A stretch of DNA of 64,000 nucleotides. It comes from Thalia democratica. Taxonomy: Eukaryota. The notes beneath the pieces are model-generated. The model had not been told where the DNA came from and searched no databases. It was given only the letters and a program-made list of their open reading frames with translations. Below are positions 25,801-37,800 of this stretch, piece by piece. The stretch's first letter is position 1. Every line of letters begins with the position of its first letter. The stretch covers positions 58,962,001 to 59,026,000 of the forward strand of contig OZ241829.1 in assembly GCA_965202585.1 (NCBI GenBank), written 5' to 3'. The position numbers and the translations under genes were made by a program.

Positions 25801-28800
25801 CACAAGAACTTGTGTTCAAGGTAATTGTCAAGAAGACTTAGTACGTTCAGTCACTTGTGAAATGCCCGTTTGTGTAGTTTACAGCGACTGGCAAATAGGA
25901 GCATGCAGTGTTAGCTGCGGTATGGGTGAGCAAATTGATACAAGAATATGTGTACAAGGCGTTTGCACTGAAGATCTTACAAGAACAGTTCCCTGTGTCA
26001 GAGAAGTTTGTATTGTTTACAGTGAATGGGAGATAGGAACTTGCAGTTCAACCTGTGGTTCTGGAGTAAGAATTGACAGAAGGACTTGTTTACAAGGTAA
26101 CTGCAAAGAAGATCTTATAAGGTCTCAACCGTGCGCTACAGGAGTTTGTATTGAGTATGGTGACTGGAAGATAGGCTCGTGTAGTGCTACTTGCGGTGTT
26201 GGTGTACAAGTTGATAGGAGATCTTGCACCATAACTTGTTATGGCGAATCTTCCTTAACAGACGAGTGTTCGCAAGCTTCATGCACAGAAGACCTAGAAA
26301 GAAGAACTACGTGCGAGGAAGATGCATGCACTGGGGTGTACGGTGCTTGGCAAATTGGAATGTGCAGTGTTACATGCGGTAGTGGAGTACGTACTGATAG
26401 AAGAAGATGCATGAACAACTACTGCGAAAATGATCTTCTAGTGAGAAGTGTAAGTTGTGTGCAAGAAACTTGTGTTATTTACAGCGATTGGGAAATAGGT
26501 ATGTGCAACGCTGCTTGCGGTACTGGAGTGCGATACGACACAAGAACATGCCTTCAAGGTAATTGCACTCAAGATCTTGTGAGATCCGTTCCTTGCGAGG
26601 GACCAGTCTGCGTAGTTTACAGCGATTGGATGATTGGATCTTGCAGTGTTACTTGTGGATCAGGATTAAGAGTAGATAGAAGAACATGCATACAAGGCTT
26701 TTGTACTGAAAGTCTTGAAAGAACCACGCCTTGCGACGCACCTGCTTGCGTAGTTTATAGCGACTGGATGATCGGGTCTTGCAGTGCAACTTGTGGTTCT
26801 GGAGTGAGAGTCGACAGAAGAATTTGTGTTAGCGGTGCTTGCACAGAAAATCTTATGAGATCAACTCCATGCGAAAGAGAAGTCTGCACTGTTTATAGCG
26901 AATGGATGCTTGGCACATGCAGTGCTACATGCGGCTCAGGCGTGAGAGTAGATCGAAGACTTTGCTTACAAGGTTCGTGCACTGAAGATCTAGAACGATC
27001 AGTTTCTTGTGACACACCTGCTTGCGTAATATACAGTGATTGGATGATCGGAACTTGCAGTGCTGCTTGTGGATCTGGAATAAGAACCGACACAAGAATT
27101 TGCATACAAGGGCTGTGCACAGAAGAACTTTATAGGTCTATTCCTTGTGAGAGAGAAGCTTGCGTTGTTTATAGTGACTGGTCTATTGGAACTTGTAGTG
27201 TCACTTGCGGTTCAGGAGAAAGAATTGATAGAAGAACTTGTATTCAAGGTAAATGTACCGAAAGTCTTATGAGATCAACACCTTGCGAAGCACCTACTTG
27301 TGTAATTTATGACGAATGGGTTTTAGGAGAGTGTAGTGTTACGTGTGGTTCTGGATTCAGAGTCGACCAAAGGGCATGTATTCAAGGACTTTGTACTGAA
27401 GATCTTATGAGGTTCACACCTTGTGAAAGAGAGGTCTGTGTTGTTTACAGCGAATGGACTATAGGATCCTGCAGTACTACGTGTGGCTCAGGAGTAAGAG
27501 TGGACGAGAGAGCTTGCATTCAAGGTAGATGTACTGAAGACTTGTTCCGTTCAATTCCTTGTGAAAATGCTGTTTGTGTTGTTTATGGCGACTGGCAAGT
27601 AGGATCATGTAGTGTTACATGTGGTTCTGGAATTCGAGTTGACCAAAGAACTTGTGTTCAAGGTATTTGCACTGAAGATCTTGTAAGGTCTGTACCATGT
27701 GAACAAGAAGTTTGTGTGATTTACAGCGAGTGGGCTGTTGGATCTTGTAGTGCTACTTGTGGTTCAGGTGTGAGAGTCGACACTAGAGAATGTTTACAAG
27801 GATTTTGCTCTGAAGATCTTTCAAGATCAGCTCCTTGTGAAGGACCTGTATGCGTTATTTACGGCGAATGGAATATTGGAGAATGCAGTGCCACCTGCGG
27901 ATCAGGAGTAAGAACTGATACAAGATTGTGTGTTCAAGGTTACTGTACTGAAGATCTTGTTAGATCAACACCTTGTGAAAACGAAGTCTGTCAAGTTTAC
28001 AGTAGATGGACTGTAGGAGCCTGTAGTGTCACTTGTGGCTCAGGAGTAAGAGTTGATACAAGGGCATGTATTCAAGGTAGATGTACCGACGCCCTTGAAA
28101 GAACTGTTTCGTGTGGAGGAAGGGTTTGTGAAATCTACAGCGACTGGGTTGTCGGAGCTTGTAGTACTACTTGCGGTCCTGGTGTAAGAGTTGATACAAG
28201 AAAATGTGTACAAGGATTTTGTACAGAAGACCTCAGAAGATCGATTCCTTGTGAAACGAGAGTTTGTGAAGTTTATAGCGATTGGTCCATTGGTGCTTGT
28301 AGTGTTACATGCGGTTCAGGATACAGAGTCGATACAAGAAATTGCATCCAGGGATTTTGTACTGAAGACTTAAGGAGATCAACTCCATGTGAAAGGGAAG
28401 TTTGTGTCGTCTACGGAGATTGGACAGTTGGGTCATGCAGTGTAACTTGCGGTTCTGGAACGAGAGTTGACACTAGAGAATGTATACAAGGAAGATGCGA
28501 TGAGGACCTTATGAGGTTAACTCCTTGTAGTCAAGAAGTATGTGTACATTACAGTCAGTGGAGGATTGGAACATGCAGTGCTACTTGTGGTAAAGGTGTT
28601 AGAGTGGACAGAAGAAGTTGTATACAAGGTGACTGTACTGAAAATCTAGTAAGAACAACTGATTGTGACGGACCAGCCTGTGTAGTTTACAGTGATTGGG
28701 AGATAGGAACTTGTAGTGTAACTTGCGGCTCTGGAATGAGAGTTGATAGAAGGACTTGTATACAAGGAACTTGCACTGAAAACCTCTTTAGATCAGTTCC

Positions 28801-31800
28801 TTGCGAAAGAGAAGTTTGTGTTGTCTACAGCGATTGGACAATAGGATCTTGCAGCGCTACTTGCGGTTCTGGAGTAAGAGTTGATAAAAGAGCTTGTATA
28901 CAAGGTAGATGCATTGAAGATTTACAAAGAACAGTTCCCTGTGAAAGCGCAGTATGTGTTATCTATAGCGAATGGTCAATTGGAACTTGCAGTGCTACTT
29001 GCGGTAGTGGAGTAAGAGTTGATGAAAGACAATGCATTCAAGGTGATTGTACAGAAAACTTATTCAGGTCAACTCCATGTGAAAGTGCAGTTTGTGTAGT
29101 TTACAGTGATTGGGTAATGGGAGAATGCAGTGTAACTTGTGGATCTGGAGTAAGAGTCGAATCAAGAAATTGTTTACAAGGTTTCTGTACTGAAGATTTA
29201 ATGAGAATGATTCCCTGTGAGAGGGAAGAATGTGTAGTTTATGGTAATTGGGAAATAGGATCTTGCAGTGCCACTTGTGGGTCGGGCACAAGACTTGACA
29301 CAAGAAACTGCTTACAGGGTACTTGCACGGAAGATCTTATGAGAACAGTTCCTTGTGAAAGCGAGATTTGTGTTGTCTACAGTGACTGGATGATAGGTAC
29401 ATGTAGTCATACTTGCGGATCAGGTTTAAGAGTTGATACAAGGACTTGTATCCAAGGTAGATGCACAGAAAGTCTCGAAAGGACGACTGCTTGTAAGGAA
29501 GAAGTTTGCATAGTCTATAGTGACTGGGTAATTGGAACCTGTAGTACTACATGTGGCTCAGGAATTAGAGTCGATACAAGGCAGTGCATTCAAGGATATT
29601 GCACTGAAGATCTATCAAGATCAGTTCCATGCGAGAACGAAGTCTGTGTGGTTTATAGCGAGTGGATGCTAGGTTCATGCAGCGTAACTTGTGGTTCTGG
29701 TGTTAGAGTTGATCAGAGGTCTTGCTTGCAAGGAACTTGTACAGAAGATCTCTACAGGTCAACTCCATGCCAAAGAGAAGTTTGTGTAGTTTACAGTGAA
29801 TGGATGATGGGAAGCTGCAGTGTTACTTGTGGCTCTGGAATAAGAACAGACAGAAGAAGATGTTTACAAGGTACTTGTACAGAAGATCTCGAAAGATCAA
29901 CGCCCTGTGAAAGAGATGTTTGTACAGTTTATGGCAACTGGGAGATTGGCGTTTGCAGTGTTACTTGTGGCTCTGGATTTAGAGTTGACACAAGAGATTG
30001 CTTACAAGGAAAATGTACAGAAGATCTCATGCGATCAGTTCCGTGTGAGGCACCAGTTTGTGTTGTTTACAGTGAATGGACAATCGGATCTTGCAGCGTT
30101 ACTTGTGGTTCAGGAATAAGAGTTGACCAAAGACGTTGTGTGCAAGGAAGGTGTACTGAAGATCTCTCCCGAACAGTCAACTGTGAACAGGAAGCTTGCG
30201 TTGTATACAGCGAATGGATGATAGGACGCTGCAGTGCAACTTGTGGCTCTGGAACAAGAGTCGATACAAGAGATTGTGTCCAAGGAAGATGTACTGGACT
30301 TCTCATCAGGTCTAGTCCCTGTGAAGCAATTGAATGTGATGTATACACTCAATGGACCATAGGCGAATGCAGTGCGACCTGCGGTTCTGGAGTAAGAGTT
30401 GATTTCAGAAAATGTTTACAAGGTCGTTGCACTGAAAACGTTGTAAGGTCGACTCCTTGTGAAAGAGAAGCTTGTGTAGTGTATGGAGATTGGATGATCG
30501 GAACCTGCAGTGTAACATGCGGTTCAGGTGTTAGAGTTGACAGAAGAAATTGTGTTCAAGGTAAATGCACAGAAGACTTAATGAGATCAGTTCCTTGTGA
30601 AAGAGAAGTCTGTGTGGTTTATGGAAACTGGATGATCGGAGAGTGCAGTGCTACTTGCGGCTCAGGTGTAAGAGTTGATAGAAGACAATGCATTCAAGGC
30701 GTTTGTACGGAAGACTTAATGAGATCAATTCCGTGTGAAAGTGAGGTATGTGTGGTTTATGGCGAATGGGAAATAGGACAATGCAGTGTTACATGCGGTT
30801 CTGGAATGAGAGTTGACACTAGAAAATGTATACAAGGCATTTGTACTGAAGATCGCGTACGTTCAGTTCCATGTGAAAGAGAACTCTGCGTAATTTACGG
30901 AGAATGGAAAATCGGAACATGCAGTGTTACATGCGGCTCTGGATTGAGAGTTGACAGAAGAAACTGTGTTCAAGGAAGATGCACTGAAGCCCTTGAAAGA
31001 TCAGTTTCTTGTGACGGCGAAGCTTGTGTGGTATATAGTGACTGGACAATCGGAACTTGCAGTGCAACTTGTGGTTCAGGAATGAGAGTTGATATGAGAA
31101 CTTGTGTACAAGGAACTTGCACTGAAGACCTTTACAGATCAGTTCCTTGCGAAAGGGAAGTCTGTGTTGTATATAGCGATTGGACAATAGGATCTTGTAG
31201 TGCTACTTGCGGTTCTGGGGTAAGACGGGATAGAAGAACGTGTGTACAAGGCAGGTGCACTGAAAGCCTTGATAGGACCGTTCCATGTGAGAGGGAAGTT
31301 TGTGTTGTATACAGCGATTGGACAATAGGATCTTGTAGTGCTACTTGCGGTTCAGGTGTACGAGTTGACAGAAGAAGATGTGTGCAAGGCAGGTGCACTG
31401 AAAGCCTTGATAGGACTGTTCCATGTGAGACAGAAGCCTGTGTCGTCTACAGTGAGTGGGTCATGGGTCAATGCAGCGCCTCTTGCGGAGCTGGAGTAAA
31501 AGTGGATAGAAGATCATGCATACAAGGTCCCTGTTCTGAAGACCTCATAAGATCGTCTCCTTGTCAACGAAGTGTGTGCGTTGTGTATGGTGAATGGACA
31601 GCAGGATCCTGTAGTGTTACTTGTGGTTCAGGGCTGCAGATAGAAAGAAGAGAATGCTTACAAGGTACATGCACTGAAAGTCTTCGAAGAACAATTACTT
31701 GCGAAAGAGAAGCCTGTGTCGTCTACGGAAACTGGGAAATGGGAACATGCAGTGTTACTTGTGGTTCAGGAATAAGAACAGACAGAAGAGAATGCTTACA

Positions 31801-34800
31801 AGGCACTTGTACTGAAAGTCTTCGAAGATCAGTTTCTTGTGAAAGAGAAGACTGCGTCGTCTACGGAAATTGGCAAATGGGAACATGCAGTGTTACTTGC
31901 GGTTCAGGAGTAAGAACAGACAGAAGAGAATGCTTACAAGGCACTTGTACTGAAGACCTCGTAAGATCAGTTTCTTGTGAAAGAGAAGCCTGTGTCGTCT
32001 ACGGAAATTGGCAAATGGGAACATGCAGTGTTACTTGCGGTTCAGGAATAAGAACAGACAGAAGAGAATGCTTACAAGGCACTTGTACTGAAAGTCTTCA
32101 AAGATCAGTTTCTTGTGAAAGAGAAGCCTGTGTCGTCTACGGAAACTGGCAAATGGGAACATGCAGTGTTACTTGCGGTTCAGGAATAAGAACAGACAGA
32201 AGAGAATGCTTACAAGGCACTTGTACTGAAAGTCTTCAAAGATCAGTTTCTTGTGAAAAAGAAGCCTGTGTCGTCTACGGAAACTGGCAAATGGGAACAT
32301 GCAGTGTTACTTGCGGTTCAGGAATAAGAACAGACAGAAGAGCTTGCGTGCAAGGAGATTGTACTGAAGACCTCGTAAGATCAGTTTCTTGTGAGGTTAG
32401 CGACTGCCAGGTTTATAGTGAATGGAGAGTAGGAGCTTGCAGTGTTACTTGCGGAAGAGGGTTAAGAGTCGACAGAAGAACTTGTGTCCAAGGAGATTGT
32501 ACTGAAGATCTTGTTCGAGCCACTCCATGTGTACTCGCCGATTGCAGCCGTCAGGGTTAATTGTTTTTTAAGTTACTTTGAGCTTATAGTTTAAAAAATT
32601 AAATAAATTTTGAATTAGTTTTTTACAATAAACAACTAAATTTTACATTTTTATGAAAAAACACTCATGGTTATTATAAAACATACAACATATTTTATTA
32701 TTTTAAATTTTTAGTTATTTAAATTTTGTTTTTGGGTAATATGGAAAAAATAAGTAAAAAACTTAGTAAGAAACTTAAATTTCGGTTGCACGACTATTCA
32801 AATTTGGACAATTCAAATTGCGACAATTCAAATTCTTAATTAAAATTTGAAAGAGTCACAACTATAAAAGTAATGTATATTTGTCAAATATAAAAAATAT
32901 ATATGTAGGTTCTATTGATATCAACAAGCCATTTTTTTCTTTATGTAAAATATTAAGTATTTTTCGAGATATGGCTTAAATAAAACTCTTAAAAAACTAG
33001 ATAAGAAATGTTAACGTTTTAATTTTAGCATTTGCTTTTTATTTTTTGTAATAAATCGCTCGAAAACTCACTTGAAATAAAATAGACGTTGTAAAAATTT
33101 TAAAGTAACACTTCTACAACTTAATGTTAAAATTATTATTTGCTTTATTTGCAAAACTATAAAACAGTTATACAAGTGTTATGACATAAAAACTTAATTC
33201 TTTACTATTTTCAGTTCTTTGTGATTTACCCGACCTTGGTCCAAATATGGTGAAACCTTTTATTACAAGCTTTGTTGTTGGTGACTCATGGAATTTGAGA
33301 TGTATGTACGGATATGAACTGTCAGGAAATACTAAAATAACGTGTGGGGCAAATGGACAGTTTTCAAGCGTCAGTGCTGCTTGCACAAAAAGTAAGCATT
33401 ATTTTTATTACGTAACATTAATTAATATATTGTGCAAACTTTGACAAGGTCGAACTTTTGTCTACTAAATAAAACATGTTGTGTAAAATTTGAATTAAGT
33501 GTGTCTTGTCTCTATTATGACTTTAACACAAAACTTTTCTTAGCTTAAAACACTTTATCGATGTAAAACATAATCAGAGCTGTAAAAAAATCATCTGACT
33601 AAAACTTTAGAGATAAAAACAACTATAATCCCTTAAAGACAAAGATGGTTTTTCAAACCTTAGTTTTTAACACAAAAATAAATGACACTACTTGTCAACT
33701 AAAATTAAAAATAAAACCATCTAGTACCAGTCATGCCAACCACTTGTGAAATACCTGTTATTCCGCCTTACGCTCTGCGAGTGAACGACCAGCAATCTTA
33801 CAAAGTTGGAGACACCATGGAGCTTGCGTGCAGATCCGGATACACCATGGACGAATCCAGCTCAAGCACGTCACTTTGCCAACCGGACGGAACCTTTTCT
33901 GAAATCCGTCTCGTTTGCAATGCGGGTAACTTTTAAACATCGTTTGTACATTTGTTTTACATAACCGACGCTGTAGAAACATAGACAATCTGCAGCAATT
34001 GGATGTTTAAGCTAACAGAACGCTGTGTCGCTCGATTTTGTTTAGACTGTAACAGCTTATTTTTTACTAATTTAGATTTAACTTTCAGGACTTAAAGGTT
34101 TATATTGACTTTGATAAAGACAAAGAGTATAATAAAAGTAAGGATTTTGTAAACATTGTAATACAAGCAAACTCTGTAAAAACCGTTTAAACTTTGGTTT
34201 GTATGGTTAATTCATACTATATTTATCAAACAAGACTAATTTAAACTTTAAATAATATGTTTAAGTATCTATTGAAAAGTTAAATAAAGGCGTATATATA
34301 ACCTTTTTCAAGTTAAGTGTAACGTTAAATAACGAACTCGTAGGATTTTTTTATGTTAAAGCGTTTACATTTTTAGATTCAAAATTATAACTTTTACCTT
34401 TTAAGTGATATAATAGACAAGAAAATTTAATTACCATAAAAATGACCACAAATCTTCAATTCAAAGTTTGTATCACAACAGTTAATTTCACGTTATCAAA
34501 TCTTGGTGAAAACATGTTCTTACGCTTCGTAAACTCTTTTGCATTTGGATATTATTTCAATGTTGTGTGCGAGTCGGGATACAGTTTAGCCGGAAAGTTT
34601 CAGATTACTTGTGGCATTAAGAGAAATTTCAGCGCTACCAAGGCCGCCCGCACCATAGGTACCCAGTGTGAACTAACGTTTTAAAATATTAGTTTTTCCT
34701 GCAGAACAACTAGAGATTAGTTAAATTTAACTAACAGTCACTTTCACCACTACCAAAAACCTTCATGTCATAATTAATTCGGATGTAAAAAGCTTTAATA

Positions 34801-37800
34801 AAAAACCCGAGGAGTCTTACAGGGATGTATAGTAAGTATTTGTCGATAAAACAGACTAAATTCGTTTAATAACGGATTGTACCAATAGTTTTTCAAACTT
34901 GTATTTTGAAAGTTTAAGTTTTTTGTCTAGTTTTTCTTTGCTGAATTAACTTATTGGGTTATATATAGTGTTAAGATTCTTAATAAAAAATAAACAATAA
35001 TCTTCTTTAAAACTATAACAAGTCAAACGGATTTAAATACACACTTTTAGTTAAACTTACGCTGTTAATATTTGATTGTAATTATAAGCCCTTTTTATTT
35101 TATTTGTAAGCTTGCCTTACTTTTAGGTATTGTCAAATCGCCCTTTACTAAGATTTAGCCAATTTCCAGATTTACAGTCATTTAAAAAAGTCAATACTTT
35201 AAGTAGATAAAAATGTTAAGTATTGCTTCGTTTAAAAAAATTAACTTTAGCTCCAACAAAATTTAAGCTAAGTGTGATAGCATTTTACAAAAAGTAGTTA
35301 ATCATTTAAATTTTTTAACTTACCGGTCAAACGAAAAAGTAATTGCAGATACGGGATAGCGGTAACAGTCGGTGTAATTTTAATGCTAATATAAGATCAA
35401 AGTGCAGATCATATCAAGCGCGATACAGTAAAACGATTACCCTGCAGCCACGAATACACATAAGCGACTACCGTGTTGCAATTTACTCATACACCGTGTG
35501 ATAATATCCAGTGATTAGATCAGTAACTAGAGGCCATAAAAACACAATTTACAGCAGGCGTAAAAAGTTGTGTTGAAAAATATTTTGTTTCAGTGAGCGG
35601 ACCGTTTAACTAATCTTAATGTAGTTTTAAAGTGCTTTGTACGTGCTCAGTTTGTTTTCAGTTATAATATTTTATCTTTAGTTTAGTTCAAAAAGTTACA
35701 AATAGTAGCACAAAATCACATTATGTCAAACATCATCAAGTTTTTTAATCAGATGGAGGCTTCTTCATGGGAATATTAAGATCGAATACTAATTAATAAA
35801 AAATTAACTCGACTTCAAGTCTACAAAAAGAAGCCTTTGCACTCAACACTCAATTGCATGCTACTCAACACACGTTGTGCAAGGACTAAAATTTACAAAG
35901 CGCATATGGTGCTTTAGTTTTTATAAAATTCAAACAAACTTTTTATGTTAAAATGCTTTAACTTTTTTTTTGATATACTCATTTATTTTCTCAACTAGAA
36001 CTGAAGGTTTTATGCACTGCATATGCTTTGTAATTTTTGCCAATTTTTTACTCGTTTGCACAAAAAGACATCATCAGTTCAAATTTTCAGCTGACATACA
36101 GTCTTTTTTTTTTGTCATTTGCATATTTTATCGCTCATTTTATGTTTTAACTAATTTGCTCGTGAATAAACCATCACATAAATTTATACATTAGCATGAT
36201 ACTTTGTTTTTCTAACATTATGTAACTCGATAAACACACTTTCAAGTTTTATAAAGTTTTATAGTTGTTTTAAATGTTTTTGTTTTCTAAGACTTTTCGA
36301 AACTTAAAGTTATAAACACTTGTTTAGACCAACCTTAAACTATTATTAGTCTACAAGTTAGATAATTGTTAAAATATCTGAAGCAAATTAGTTTATCATC
36401 TAAAATTTATATTTGGTTTCAACCATATTTTAAGTATTATTAACATCATTTATCAGTTTCTTTGTGCCTGTATTTTTAACAACCTATATAGCTTCATTGA
36501 AGGTTTAAATTGTAACTTATTTTATGGAGGGCAAAGTATTTTACACTACTAAAAAACTTCTAAAAGATTTTTTTTTATCGTTTTAGTTTTTTCAAGTCTA
36601 TCATTTATGATAAGCTAAAAGAACGTTAACAAAAAGTATACATTGAGTTAAGTTGTTTTATTTAAAAAGTATTTCAGAAACGAACTTAACAATGATCAAA
36701 CAAGTAAAAGTTTTCTTAACCTTTTATAAAAACTTGGCTGATAAAATATTTGTTTGACAAGTTATCTCTAACTAACAAACAAAACAACATATGTAAACTA
36801 TAAAATGTTTGACATATTTAAAACTGTTTCATGTTTTAAGATTTTTAAAAGTTTTAATTTGAAAAAAATATTCAGTATTAGTTTATTAAAAACAATGATG
36901 GGTTATAATCATCGGAAAGAAGTTTAGTGTTATATTTATAAACTCATTATCGTGAATATCAAAAAAATTTAAAAGTTAAAACAACAAATGGAATACTTTG
37001 GACAATATTTAACAGCTGAAGTTTTTAGATTTTTTCATTAAAAAAACAACTTATCAATTTATACTTTAGCGTACTTTCTATTTAGATATAGTTATGTTGT
37101 ATAAGTAAACGAAAAAGGTTGCTTGCTAAGTTTTTAAACTAATTTTTTCATAAAAATACTTTTGTTTAGTTTGTGTGGTATGCAATGCAATATTATAGCA
37201 TGAACTTTCTTTAGCTAAAATTAACTTGTTTGTGTGTTTTCTAACTAACTGTGTTAAATATTCTATATACATATTAATGGTGATAATTATTAAGTAAATT
37301 AAGGAGTTAACTATCTTTAAAAATAGTGTCAAGGTTTTTATCAAATATTCTGCCTTTAAAGCCTTTTAAAAAATAACTAGATTTTTTTTTATTGCAAAAG
37401 CAAATAAATAAACTTTAAAAATTTACTTTAAATTTTGTAAGAGCACAATTCTATTTAGATCAACTACATCAATAGTATAGTGTCAGTTGACTCATTTTTT
37501 CTTGCGTCTAGTCAAGTAAAAAGAAATTAATTTAAAAGCTTTTTTTAATTTTATTTTTTAAATCATAAAACAATTTTTCAAGTTTTTTTTGATTATAAAA
37601 CTAAATACTTTATATAACAATTTTTTTTAAAGAACTTTTTCATTCAATACAACTTTATTTATTATGTACACAAAATATTTTAAATACTGCTTTCATGTTA
37701 AAAATTAAGGTAAAAATTTTTTTAAATTAATGTACTAATTTAGAATGTTAAAAATATTACATTTCTAACTAAATTCAATAAAATTCAATAAATACGTATT

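Noticed and set aside
24296-31398. Many minus-strand and off-frame ORFs overlapping the giant exon (e.g. 24608-25096, 25151-25405, 30067-30348, 31132-31398)
   Set aside because: They are shadows of the repetitive, codon-biased TSR exon. They repeat with the same 138-bp period and have no splice context or independent motifs.
24359-32545. CRISPR-like or non-coding satellite reading of the regular 138-bp periodicity
   Set aside because: It is a continuous open frame with synonymous-site variation and fixed Cys spacing in a spliced eukaryotic gene; there is no repeat-spacer structure.
32558-32560. TAA ending the 2,733-aa ORF taken as the end of the gene
   Set aside because: It lies inside a phase-1 donor (CAGG|GTTAAT), the ORF starts at a splice acceptor rather than a true ATG, and in-phase CCP exons continue on both sides.
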